Below are positions 47,935 to 57,234 of a stretch of DNA of 64,000 nt, in pieces. Source of the stretch: Abditibacterium sp. (lineage in GTDB: Bacteria > Armatimonadota > Abditibacteriia > Abditibacteriales > Abditibacteriaceae); contig OZ251992.1 in the NCBI GenBank assembly GCA_965246885.1, positions 3,168,001-3,232,000 of the forward strand, written 5' to 3'. The stretch's first letter is position 1. Each line of letters opens with the position of its first letter. The notes under the pieces are model-generated. The model ran no database searches and was not told the origin of the DNA. It was given only the letters and a program-made list of their open reading frames with translations. The translations under genes and the position numbers were made by a program.

Positions 47935-50471
47935 GGCGTCTTGAGCGAGAGCAGCACCGCCACCCCGACGTAAAGGAGCGCGCCCAGCGACAAGACGACC
48001 GAAAAGCCGAACATCTTCGCCAACACCGCCGCGCCGATGGAGCCAAGCACGCTCGCCGTCCCGTTGAGCGCCCACGCGAGCACCACGCCGCGCTCGCCAC
48101 GCCCGAACAAGCGCATCCCCGATGGGAACGGCGTGCCCAACAAAAAGCCAAGCGGGAGGAGGAGCAACACCGCCGCGATGCAGCGCAAGGTGATGGGCAA
48201 GCCGAGCAGGGCGCGGCTCGCGGCGTCGCTCGACACGGCGAACACGAGCGTCCATATCGCCACGCCAACGGCGCACATCAAGGCGTGACGGCGCAAACGG
48301 TCGCCCTCGAAGCGCTGCGAAAACAGGGCGCCCGCGCCGCCACCCAGCAGAACGGAAAAGAGGATGACCGTGAGCGAGAGCGTCGGGTAGCCGAGCGGCA
48401 ACACTAACTTTTGGATGAGCGGCACTTCGACCAGCATGAACCCGATGCCAAGCAGGAGGAACAGCCCCGTCGAGCGGGCGTTTTGCATCGCGTCGCGCTC
48501 GTCACGCTTGCCGCTAAAGGTGAGGAACGCCGCCAGCCCAAGCGTGGCCAACAGCGAGGCGCCAAGCATGCCGCTCAGCGAGGGCGACGCCTCGAACAGG
48601 GAAACGGGCGAGGTGCCCAAATCGAGGACGAAGGGGCGGTCGTCGGGGCACGGCGATAAGTCGAGCGCGAGCGGCTGCTCCGGCGTGGTTTGCAAACCCG
48701 CTTTGACGAAGGCATCAAGGGAAAGCGCGCCCGACAGCGTCGAGCCGAACGGATAGCCTTCGTCGCTTTGGGCGCGGCCCGGAATCCACAGAGGGAAGAG
48801 CTTGTGTGCGCTCGCGCTCGCCGCCATTTGCGTGGTTTGCGCGGGAGTGAAGGGCGTCTTTTTCACCATCAACACCCAGCCGTATGGCCCGCGCCTTTGC
48901 GGGTCGAAGACGACGGCGATATGTTGTCCGGCGTCGCGCTCCGACTGGCCCATGCGCTTGAAGTGATCTACCGCCGTCGCCGTCAAGCGCCCCAAGAGCG
49001 GCAGCGCGTCGCCCACGATGGCGAGACTGCCGCCGTCATCAAGGGCGTTCTGATAATCGTTGAACGCTTCGCGGGTGTAGATGAAGGACTCCAACAGCGC
49101 GGCGCCCTGTCCTGCTGTTGCGGTTTTGGTGAGGGCGGAAAAGACGAGACGGTATTTGCCTTTGGATTCGCGCAGCGCGTCGCGGCCCTCGGCGGTGCGG
49201 ACGTGGACTTTGGGGTTTTGGTAGATGCCGCCGTTCCACGCGACGTAGTGCGGCTCGTTCATCAGACCGACGATGGACGGATTTATCTCGGCGCCCTCGA
49301 AATGGCGCGCGCCGTAACGCAGCGCAAGCAAGGCGTCCAACCCGCCGCCCGGCCCGATGGAGAAAACGTCGGCGCCGCCCAAGTTCGCGTTGGCGTATGT
49401 CCACTCGGAGATGGGGAACTGCTCCGTCAGGGCGGGCAGTTGCCACTCTTTGCCACCCCAGTGCAGCATGTTGGTGGGCACGTTGCCGTTGGTGTAGATG
49501 AGCCACGAGTCCGGCCCCGCGTCGGGGTCAGCGACGACATCGGTGCGCGCGAAGGCGTTCCAGCGCGTGTCGAGGATGCGGGTGCGTGGCAGGCTCAGTT
49601 TCGCGCTCGCCTGTCCCGCCTTTTGCAGCGCGTCCAACAAGGGAGCGGCTTCGTTTTGCGCGCCGATCTCGGTGAACAGAGGCTGCGTCACGCCCCGGTC
49701 AGCCAAGCTGTTGCTGTCGGGCAAGAAGTTCCGGTCGAAGCGACGGCTTTCCTGCGCCTTGGCCCACGCCAATACCTGTTCCTGACGCTGGGCGGTCGAG
49801 ACTGGGTAAACGGGCGGAATCGGCGGCACCGCGAACAAGCCAAAGCGCGAATCGAAGGGCACGAGCGCCAGCAAAAATCCGCAGATGAGGAGCGGAAACG
49901 CGCGCTTTTGGGAAGTCAACACGCCCGCGAGCGCGCCCAACGCGCCAAACAGCAGCGCCGCATGCAGCGCGCCCACCCATTGCATCAGCAAGACCGACCC
50001 CGCCGCCGCGAGCGCCGCGCCCGCCAAGTCGTAGGCGTACAAGCGCCCGCCTTGCGCTTGGAAACGTCCGAACGCCAGCGACAAAAACGCGCCCGCAAAG
50101 CCAAAGGGCACAAGGACAACGAGCGCCGCGATCCAGTAGTTCTGCGGCGTGTGCGCGAACACGCCGCGCAGAATCAGCCCCAGCGCGACGGGCACCGCGA
50201 GTCCCCAGCCCAGCGCCGCGTTTTCCAAGGAAGTGCGGGGCCGCAGGTTCGCCCACAGCCCGCCCAACCCCAGCCCGCATAGCGCGAGCGACACCACCAA
50301 AAATGCGAACTGGTAGCGCAGCACGACGGCGAACACGCGCGACAGCGCCACCTCGAAGCCCAACACGGCGGCGGACAGAAGCGCAACAGCAAGGAAAATG
50401 GACAGAGGAACGGCAGATGAATTTTTCTCGGACGTTGTGGGAAGCACACCCTTAGTTTGCGCGGCGCCCAC
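47892..50471 (-). CDS. membrane protein with central spermidine-synthase-like SAM-binding domain
   Basis: LYAYDLAG, WNAFARTDV, IGPGGGLD, AEINP, DDRPF, GIGFMLVE, WALNG; start uncertain. Confidence 0.85.
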   Translation of the reverse strand: MGAAQTKGVLPTTSEKNSSAVPLSIFLAVALLSAAVLGFEVALSRVFAVVLRYQFAFLVVSLALCGLGLGGLWANLRPRTSLENAALGWGLAVPVALGLILRGVFAHTPQNYWIAALVVLVPFGFAGAFLSLAFGRFQAQGGRLYAYDLAGAALAAAGSVLLMQWVGALHAALLFGALGALAGVLTSQKRAFPLLICGFLLALVPFDSRFGLFAVPPIPPVYPVSTAQRQEQVLAWAKAQESRRFDRNFLPDSNSLADRGVTQPLFTEIGAQNEAAPLLDALQKAGQASAKLSLPRTRILDTRWNAFARTDVVADPDAGPDSWLIYTNGNVPTNMLHWGGKEWQLPALTEQFPISEWTYANANLGGADVFSIGPGGGLDALLALRYGARHFEGAEINPSIVGLMNEPHYVAWNGGIYQNPKVHVRTAEGRDALRESKGKYRLVFSALTKTATAGQGAALLESFIYTREAFNDYQNALDDGGSLAIVGDALPLLGRLTATAVDHFKRMGQSERDAGQHIAVVFDPQRRGPYGWVLMVKKTPFTPAQTTQMAASASAHKLFPLWIPGRAQSDEGYPFGSTLSGALSLDAFVKAGLQTTPEQPLALDLSPCPDDRPFVLDLGTSPVSLFEASPSLSGMLGASLLATLGLAAFLTFSGKRDERDAMQNARSTGLFLLLGIGFMLVEVPLIQKLVLPLGYPTLSLTVILFSVLLGGGAGALFSQRFEGDRLRRHALMCAVGVAIWTLVFAVSSDAASRALLGLPITLRCIAAVLLLLPLGFLLGTPFPSGMRLFGRGERGVVLAWALNGTASVLGSIGAAVLAKMFGFSVVLSLGALLYVGVAVLLSLKTPQRASGVVVPKASI

Positions 50472-50474
50472 GAC

Positions 50475-52496
50475 CTACTTCCCCACCGCCCCTTCCAGCG
50501 CGAAGTACACCATGAGTAGCGTCGCGCCCACCCCGGCGAAGACGGCCCAGAAGCGATTCGACGCCAAGTCGCGCCAGCGCCACAGTGCGCCCGCCAAAGC
50601 GCCCAGCATTGCGCCCGCATACATCCAGCCGCCCGGCGCGAAGCCATGCACGATGCCTTGCATCGCGGGGCGTAGCTTCTCGTCGCCCGCCAAAAGCCAA
50701 CTGCCGCCCATAAACGCCGCGTACACCGAGACGAGCGCGCCCAATAAGCCCAAGCTCACCAGCCACCCAAACGAGCGGCGGAACAGCGCGAAGACCAACG
50801 TCCAGAGGAGCCAGCACGCGCCCAGCGTGAGGCCGAACACGATGCCCGGTTCCCACGAGCGAATCGAAGCGGGAGAAAGCCAGTTGGTATGGCTTTGGTG
50901 CGTCAGCAGAAACGGGAGCGCCCGCAAACACGCGCCCGCCACCATGCCAAACGCGCCGTTGGCCAGCACCACCGCAAAGGGCGCCAAGACCGACGGGCCG
51001 CGCACGCGCGCCGTCCAAGGAACAGAAAGGTCGCCCATAGAGCCGGACAGTTCGATGCGCCCGTCGTATTTCCCCGGACGCAAGCGAAACGCATCGAAAG
51101 TGAACTCGATCTCAGGCGCCTCGCCCTCGAAGGAGCCGTGCGTCGAAAGCGCCCCCGCCCCCGTCAGAGCGCGCCCGAACAAAAAGCCGCGCCCGGTGTT
51201 GCGCAGTTTGACGACGCGCGTCTTGCGCGTTTCTTTGCCGAAGGAGCCGAAGTCGAGCGACGTCGGCGTGAGGGTAACGGAAGGCCGCGCGACCAAGCCC
51301 GTCGCTTGCAGCCACGTTTCCAAGCCCGCGCGCGGAGAGCCGGTTTGCCGCGCCCCTACCGCCGCGCGCGACAACGCTTCGTTGTTTTGCGCCGCCAGCC
51401 AGCGCTCGAACTCGCCCGCTCCCAAACGCTTGGCCGCCTCGTCGGGGAACTCGTCGCACAAGCGGGCGAGGTCTTGCAAGTCGCGCGCGTAGTGGCCGGA
51501 CTTGAACAGAAGCGGGGCGGTCTGCGGCGCGGAAAGGACGGTCGTTGGCGCGTTGACCACCCGCGCCGCCCCGCCGACTTCCAGCCGCTCCACAAGCGCC
51601 GCACCGTTTTGCGGGCGCTCGTCGGGCGACAGTTCGAGGCAGTCGCGCAGCAGTTCATCCACCCACGAGGGCAATTCAGGCCGGAAAGCGCGCGGGCCGC
51701 GCGCGAGCATCTGCGTTTCGTTGGCGGGGTCGGTCGGGTCGAGGCCGCACAGCAAGTGAAACCACGTCATGCCCCACGCGAACACGTCGCTCCGGGCGTC
51801 GGGGCTGGCCGATTCGGTCGCTGTCGGCGGCGCGTAACCTAAGGTGCCGCCGCCCGTCGTCGCGCGCCGCGCCCGCGTGCCATAGCGGTCGCCGCCACTC
51901 TCGAACTGCGAGGCGATGCCGAAGTCGAGCAAGACGGCTTCCAAAGAGTCAGCGCGCAAGCGGATGTTTTCCGGCTTGAGGTCGCGGTGCACAAAGCCGC
52001 GCGCGTGAACGTGGGCCAAGGCCGAGGCGATTTGGCGCATCCACTCCAACGCCTCACCGATGTCGAGCCGCCCGCCTTCGGCTTCGGCGCGCGCCAGCAA
52101 GTCCGGCCCCGCGATGTAATCCATAACCAGATAATGCCGCGCGTCGAGCATTTCCAGCGCGCCGCCGTGATCGGGACACTCGCGCAACTGCGGGAAGTCC
52201 AGCCCGCACACACGGCACACCCGCCACGCGCCCGAATCGCGCTCGTAGTGCCCGCGCACGATGTGGGGGTGGTTGAGGTTGGATAAGTGAATCGCTTCGG
52301 CACGGAACTGCGCCAAAGCCGCGTCCCGCTCACTCCCGCGTTCGTCCAACACGTGCATTTCTTTCAAGGCAACGGGCGTGTGCAGTTCGGAATCGAGGCA
52401 GCCATACACCGTCCCAAACGCGCCGCACCCCAAGAGCTTCTGGATTTCATAGCGGCGCTGAACCATGTCGCGCGGGCGGTGTCGGAGTTGAGGCAT
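50475..52496 (-). CDS. Ser/Thr protein kinase with Zn-ribbon insert and C-terminal TM domain
   Basis: LGCGAFGTVY, VALKE, HRDLKPEN, DFG, SDVFAWG; CRVC..CPDH insert. Confidence 0.88.
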   Translation of the reverse strand: MPQLRHRPRDMVQRRYEIQKLLGCGAFGTVYGCLDSELHTPVALKEMHVLDERGSERDAALAQFRAEAIHLSNLNHPHIVRGHYERDSGAWRVCRVCGLDFPQLRECPDHGGALEMLDARHYLVMDYIAGPDLLARAEAEGGRLDIGEALEWMRQIASALAHVHARGFVHRDLKPENIRLRADSLEAVLLDFGIASQFESGGDRYGTRARRATTGGGTLGYAPPTATESASPDARSDVFAWGMTWFHLLCGLDPTDPANETQMLARGPRAFRPELPSWVDELLRDCLELSPDERPQNGAALVERLEVGGAARVVNAPTTVLSAPQTAPLLFKSGHYARDLQDLARLCDEFPDEAAKRLGAGEFERWLAAQNNEALSRAAVGARQTGSPRAGLETWLQATGLVARPSVTLTPTSLDFGSFGKETRKTRVVKLRNTGRGFLFGRALTGAGALSTHGSFEGEAPEIEFTFDAFRLRPGKYDGRIELSGSMGDLSVPWTARVRGPSVLAPFAVVLANGAFGMVAGACLRALPFLLTHQSHTNWLSPASIRSWEPGIVFGLTLGACWLLWTLVFALFRRSFGWLVSLGLLGALVSVYAAFMGGSWLLAGDEKLRPAMQGIVHGFAPGGWMYAGAMLGALAGALWRWRDLASNRFWAVFAGVGATLLMVYFALEGAVGK

Positions 52497-52537
52497 CGGG
52501 AATCGGTGGAGGAAAGTGTGAATCCTCCACCAATTCC

Positions 52538-53122
52538 TTAGCGGACGGCGAAGGTCCAAGCCCCGTCTCTCGACGGCGCGGAAGAGGAAATCTTCTCCGG
52601 CTTGCTCCACATTACATGGCCATCCACGAAGAGGTAGTTAGCCATTCCCAAGTGGCGCTGAGCGAAGGAGTAGCCATTCGTTTGGGCGTCGGACGGCAGG
52701 GCGGAAAGGCTACTCGAAAGCGGCGCGTCGTCGGGGCCGTCACCGCCTTCGATGGTGCAACAGGGCGCGCCCACGCTCTGCCATTTCGCGCCGTCCAAGC
52801 GGGCATTGTAAAAGTAGTCCGAGGTTTGGTCGGCGCCGCTTGATGCTGACGGGCAGTGGAATATCCCCCAACCTTTCGTGTAGCGTTGCACGTCCTCGCC
52901 CCAGCCGCGCGAGCCGGTGCGGGCGACGAAAGGGAGCTGGTCGGCGGCGTCTTGCTGATAAATGGCGAAGGCCAACCCGATTTGCTTTAGGTTGGACGCG
53001 CAGGAAGCGCGCCGGGCATTGTCTCTGGCTCCGTGATGACCACCGGGCCACACAATCGCGGCGACGATGAGAACAACGGCGAGGAGGACGAGGGCTTCTA
53101 CAAGCGTGAAGGCGCGTTTCAT
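52538..53122 (-). CDS. prepilin-type N-terminal / DUF1559 / H-X9-DG protein
   Basis: AFTLVE, SCASNLKQIGLA..Y.QD, RHLGMANYLFVDGHV. Confidence 0.88.
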   Translation of the reverse strand: MKRAFTLVEALVLLAVVLIVAAIVWPGGHHGARDNARRASCASNLKQIGLAFAIYQQDAADQLPFVARTGSRGWGEDVQRYTKGWGIFHCPSASSGADQTSDYFYNARLDGAKWQSVGAPCCTIEGGDGPDDAPLSSSLSALPSDAQTNGYSFAQRHLGMANYLFVDGHVMWSKPEKISSSAPSRDGAWTFAVR

Positions 53123-53128
53123 GGCGGT

Positions 53129-53710
53129 TTAGCGCAGGGCGAACGTCCATCCGCCGCTTTTGGGCGAAGCGGTGGAGATTTTCTCCGGTTTGAACCACTT
53201 AACGTGCCCGTCCACGAACCCGTAATTGGCGCCGCCCAAGTGACGCTGGGCAAAGGAGTTGGAGTTCGTGAGGGCGGCAGGCGGCAGGGCGGAAAGGTGG
53301 CTCGAAAGCGGCGCACCGTCAGGGCCATCGCCGCAGTTAATAGTGGCAGCTATGGCATCGAGGGAATCCAGCTTCGCGCCGTTTAAGCGGGCGTTATAAA
53401 AGTAGTCGGAAGTCTGCTGAGTGCCGCTTGCTCCTGACGGGCATTGGAATATCTGCCAATTCTTTAGATACGGCTGCACGTCCTCCGCCCATCCGCGCGA
53501 ATCCTTGCGGGCGACAAGGGGCAGTTTGCTGTCGGCGTCCTGTTGATATTGGAGGAAGGCTAATGCGAGTTGCTTTAAATTGGACTGACAGGAGGAGCGA
53601 CGGGCGTTTTCATGGCTCCTAAAAGTGCCGGGGGGAAAGAAAATTACGGCAAGGAAGATAAGGATGGCAATAACGACGAGGGCTTCTACGAGAGTGAAGG
53701 CGCGTTTCAT
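53129..53710 (-). CDS. prepilin-type N-terminal / DUF1559 / H-X9-DG protein (tandem paralog)
   Basis: AFTLVE, SCQSNLKQ, RHLGGANYGFVDGHVKW. Confidence 0.88.
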   Translation of the reverse strand: MKRAFTLVEALVVIAILIFLAVIFFPPGTFRSHENARRSSCQSNLKQLALAFLQYQQDADSKLPLVARKDSRGWAEDVQPYLKNWQIFQCPSGASGTQQTSDYFYNARLNGAKLDSLDAIAATINCGDGPDGAPLSSHLSALPPAALTNSNSFAQRHLGGANYGFVDGHVKWFKPEKISTASPKSGGWTFALR

Positions 53711-53776
53711 AGGAACGAGTATTCCCCGCGCCGCAACGTCTTAAACACTTCGGCGTCCTAATTCACTGCTTCTCCC

Positions 53777-54757
53777 ATGCCCGAAACTTACTTTTCCCAC
53801 GCCATCCGCGACGCCATTGCCGAGGAGATGCGCTGCGACCCAAGCGTCTTTATTCTGGGCGAGGACATCGCGGGCTATGGCGGCGCGTTCAAGGTGACGC
53901 AGGGGTTGGTCGAGGAGTTCGGCGCCGAGCGCGTTCGCAATACGCCCATTTCCGAGAACACCATCGTCGGGGTTGGCGTGGGCGCGGCGGTGTGCGGGAT
54001 GCGGCCCATCGTGGACATCATGTTTCAGGACTTCATCGCCTTGGCAATGGATCAACTGGTCAATCACGCGGCCAAGTTCTACTATATGTATGGCAACCAA
54101 GCGAGCGTCCCAATGGTCGTGCGCACCCCGGCGGGCGGCGGGCGCAACTACGGGCCGACGCACTCGCAAAGCCTTGAAGCGTGGCTGATTCACGTCCCCG
54201 GCCTCAAAGTGGTGGCGCCCGCCTTCGCCGCCGATGCGAAAGGGCTGCTCAAAGCGGCCATCCGCGACGCCAATCCGGTCGTGTTCGTCGAGTCGAAGCT
54301 GCTGTATGGCGTGCGCGGCGAGGTGCCGGAAGGCGATTACACGGTTCCCATTGGCGAAGCCAAGGTCGTGCGCGCGGGAACGGACGTGACGCTCGTCGCT
54401 TATTCGCGCATGACCATCGAGTGCCTCAAAGCGGCGCAAATGTTGGCGACCGGGGGCGTCGAAGCGGAAGTCGTGGACTTGCGCACGCTGTCGCCGCTCG
54501 ACATGGACACCGTCGCGGCGAGCGTCGAAAAGACGGGGCGCGCGGTCGTGGTGTGCGAGGACTGCTTGACGGGCGGCGTGTCGGCGGAAGTCGCGGCGCG
54601 CGTGATGGAAGAATGTTTTGACTTCCTGCAAGCGCCAATTCGCCGCGTTGCCGGATTGGACACACCCCTGCCGTGCGCGGACAATTTGGAGCGCTTGGCG
54701 CTTCCCGACGCGGCCAAAGTGGTTGCGGCAGTGGAGCGGATGCGCGCGGAGTATTAA
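53777..54757 (+). CDS. 2-oxoacid/acetoin dehydrogenase E1 beta subunit
   Basis: LGEDI..YGG.F, NTPISE, DQLVNHAAK, HSQSLE, DLRTLSPLD. Confidence 0.93.
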   Translation: MPETYFSHAIRDAIAEEMRCDPSVFILGEDIAGYGGAFKVTQGLVEEFGAERVRNTPISENTIVGVGVGAAVCGMRPIVDIMFQDFIALAMDQLVNHAAKFYYMYGNQASVPMVVRTPAGGGRNYGPTHSQSLEAWLIHVPGLKVVAPAFAADAKGLLKAAIRDANPVVFVESKLLYGVRGEVPEGDYTVPIGEAKVVRAGTDVTLVAYSRMTIECLKAAQMLATGGVEAEVVDLRTLSPLDMDTVAASVEKTGRAVVVCEDCLTGGVSAEVAARVMEECFDFLQAPIRRVAGLDTPLPCADNLERLALPDAAKVVAAVERMRAEY

Positions 54758-54761
54758 CGCG

Positions 54762-54787
54762 TGCCCGGCGACTGAAGTCGCCGGGCA
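54762..54787. repeat. single REP hairpin related to family A
   Basis: TGCCCGGCGAC-TGAA-GTCGCCGGGCA. Confidence 0.7.
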
Positions 54788-54856
54788 TAAAGCCCCCTGA
54801 CACGCATAAAAAATTGGCTCGACACTGGCGTTCCTTTTGCGCGCAAACGGGGCATC

Positions 54857-56458
54857 GTGAAAGTTTTTACCTCCGAGCAGATGCGCGCTTTTGACCGCGC
54901 CGCCACCGAGCGCTTCCATTTGTCGTCGCTCGTGCTGATGGAAAACGCGGCGCTACGCGTCGTCGAATTTCTGGAAGCGCGCTTTGCGCCGCTCGCGGGC
55001 AAAGCGGTAGTTATTGTGTGTGGCAAAGGCAACAACGGCGGCGACGGGTTGGCCGTTGCGCGCCACCTCATCGGCGCGGGGTGCGTGGTGGACTGCGTGC
55101 TATTGGGCGGCGAAGACGACCTGCGCGGCGATGCGGCGTTTCAATTGTTCGCTTTGCAAAGCGGCCCGTCATCGCGCGATGCGGGGCATGCCTTTTTGCA
55201 CTTCGAGTTGGCGCGGCGCCCGGAAACGCTGAGCGAAATCGGGAGCACGTTCGACATTGGACTTGACGCGATGTTTGGGACGGGCTTTGGCGGCGCGGCG
55301 CGGTCGGGCTTCGCAGAAGGGTGGGACGTGCTGGGCCGCGCGCGGCACGTGGTGGCCGTTGACATCGTTTCGGGGTTAAACGCCGATACGGGCGAAGCCG
55401 TCGAGGGCGCGTGCCCGGTCGAGGCCACCGTAACCTTTGCCGCTCCCAAGCGCGGGCATTTCTTGCGCGACGCGCTCGATTTGAACGGCGAAGTGTGGGT
55501 GGGCGACATCGGCACGACGCCGCACCAAATGGACGAAACGGCGACCGACTGCGCCGTTTTGGATGCCGCGACCGTCCAGAAGTTGCTCCCCCGCCGCCGC
55601 TTGGACGCGCACAAGGGCGATGCGGGCCGCGTGATGATCGTGGGCGGAAGCGTCGGCATGGCGGGCGCGGTCACGCTGGCGGCGAGGGGGGCGCTCGAAG
55701 TCGGTTGCGGGTTGTGTTTGGCCGCCATCCCGCGCGACATCGGCGCTTCGTTTGGCGCCGCGTGCCTTGAGGCAACGACGCTTCCCTTGCCAACGGACGG
55801 CGGCGCCCTCTTGCCGTGCGCGCTCGACTGTTTGGCGGGCGAGTGGAAAAAGATGCAAGTCGTGGCGTTGGGGCCGGGGCTGGGCCGGGCGCCGGGCGCG
55901 CAAGAGTTGGCGCGTTTGGTCGTGCGCGAGTGTCCCGTGCCGCTCTTGATAGACGCCGACGCGCTTCATGCCCTGCCCGCGATAGCCGAAGAAGTCGCGG
56001 CGCGCACGGCGGGGACAATCCTCACGCCGCACCCCGGCGAGATGGGCGTCTTGCTCGGAACCGACGCGCACGCGGTCAACGACAATCGCTTCGCGTGCGC
56101 GCTCAGTTGCGCCCACAAATACGGCGCGTTCGTGGTTCTCAAGGGTGCGCGCTCGCTTGTCGCCGCTCCCGATGGGCGCGTGTGGGTCAACCTGTCAGGC
56201 AATCCCGGTATGGCAACAGGCGGTTCGGGCGACGTGCTGAGCGGCGTCGTGGCCGGACTGTGCGCGCAACTCAAAGAGCCGCTCGCCGCCACCAAGTGCG
56301 GCGTTTACCTGCACGGCTTGGCGGGGGACTTAGCGTTCGAGTCCAAGGGCAACGGCTTGGTGGCAGGCGACATCGCCGCGCACTTGGGCGAGGCGCTCCT
56401 CGAAGTGGACAAGCGCGAGGCGCCGATGATCAACGGACGTCTGCGACGGTTGGTGTGA
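54857..56458 (+). CDS. nnr: bifunctional NAD(P)HX epimerase/dehydratase
   Basis: LMENAA, GKGNNGGDG, HKGDAG, GPGLG, DADAL, TPHPGE, GGSGDVLSG. Confidence 0.94.
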   Translation: MKVFTSEQMRAFDRAATERFHLSSLVLMENAALRVVEFLEARFAPLAGKAVVIVCGKGNNGGDGLAVARHLIGAGCVVDCVLLGGEDDLRGDAAFQLFALQSGPSSRDAGHAFLHFELARRPETLSEIGSTFDIGLDAMFGTGFGGAARSGFAEGWDVLGRARHVVAVDIVSGLNADTGEAVEGACPVEATVTFAAPKRGHFLRDALDLNGEVWVGDIGTTPHQMDETATDCAVLDAATVQKLLPRRRLDAHKGDAGRVMIVGGSVGMAGAVTLAARGALEVGCGLCLAAIPRDIGASFGAACLEATTLPLPTDGGALLPCALDCLAGEWKKMQVVALGPGLGRAPGAQELARLVVRECPVPLLIDADALHALPAIAEEVAARTAGTILTPHPGEMGVLLGTDAHAVNDNRFACALSCAHKYGAFVVLKGARSLVAAPDGRVWVNLSGNPGMATGGSGDVLSGVVAGLCAQLKEPLAATKCGVYLHGLAGDLAFESKGNGLVAGDIAAHLGEALLEVDKREAPMINGRLRRLV

Positions 56459-56852
56459 GCCACAAAATCCGCCACTGTCCTTCCGTCAGTTCAAAGGCTG
56501 GCAGGGGTTCGAGAGGGCAGAGGGCTTGCCACGTCGCCAACGCCGACGCGCACCAGACGCAGTTGGGTGTTGTGTGGCAATCATGACCCATCACGCGCTG
56601 GACGACGACGCGCCCTCCGAGAATTTTCCGCCCCTCGACCAACGCCGCCAAGCAACACCGCGCGCCCTCTGTGGCGGCTTCTACCCAATCGCCATGCCCG
56701 CGCCGCCCGACATCGGGTGAGCGCCAATCTATGTCCTCGGCCACTTCATCCGACACGTCAATCCCTTCCGGCGCGATGGTCGCTTCGACGATCACGCGCG
56801 CGAAGTAGCCCGCGCCTTGGGTTTGTCTGGCCAGCTTGTATTCGCTTTGCAC
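56430..56852 (-). CDS. stand-alone EF-G domain IV-like protein
   Basis: YKLARQTQGAGYFARV and GGRVVV..VMGHDCHTTP....ASALATWQAL resemble EF-G domain IV loops; start inferred. Confidence 0.5.
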   Translation of the reverse strand: MQSEYKLARQTQGAGYFARVIVEATIAPEGIDVSDEVAEDIDWRSPDVGRRGHGDWVEAATEGARCCLAALVEGRKILGGRVVVQRVMGHDCHTTPNCVWCASALATWQALCPLEPLPAFELTEGQWRILWLTPTVADVR

Positions 56853-56910
56853 GCGGGCAGTGTGACGCGGGCCGCGTTGCCATGGCATCCAAGCACCCGG
56901 AGCGCCGCGC

Positions 56911-56919
56911 TGTTACACT
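56911..56919 (+). promoter_or_regulatory. putative extended -10 promoter for rpmB
   Basis: TGtTACACT upstream of AAGGAG RBS. Confidence 0.5.
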
Positions 56920-56952
56920 TCTCGCCCGCTTCAAACCTGAAGGAGAAAAAGT

Positions 56953-57189
56953 ATGTCCCGACGTTGTGAAATCACCGGCAAAAAGCCGCTCACTGGCAAC
57001 TTGGTCTCGCACTCGATGCGCCACACCAAGCACCGCCAATTACCGAATCTGCAAACCAAGCGGATTTGGGTGCCCGAAGAAGGCCGCTTCATCAAAATGA
57101 AAGTCTCGGCCCGCGCCCTCAAAGCGATGACCCGCAACGGCGTCGCCGCCACTATTGCCAAAGCCAAACGCAAAGGCATCATGGCCTAA
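56953..57189 (+). CDS. rpmB: 50S ribosomal protein L28
   Basis: MSRRCEITGK..GN.VSHS...TK...PNLQ. Confidence 0.97.
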   Translation: MSRRCEITGKKPLTGNLVSHSMRHTKHRQLPNLQTKRIWVPEEGRFIKMKVSARALKAMTRNGVAATIAKAKRKGIMA

Positions 57190-57196
57190 CCCAACA

Positions 57197-57230
57197 GCCC
57201 CGCTTTCGGAAGAAGGTGGGGCTTTGTTTT
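57197..57230 (+). terminator. intrinsic terminator after rpmB
   Basis: GCCCCGCTTTC/GAAGGTGGGGC stem + TTTGTTTT. Confidence 0.7.
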
Positions 57231-57234
57231 GCGG

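Noticed and set aside
52538..53710. Diversity-generating retroelement TR/VR pair
   Set aside because: Both copies are intact genes diverged along their whole length and no reverse transcriptase is present; ordinary tandem paralogs.
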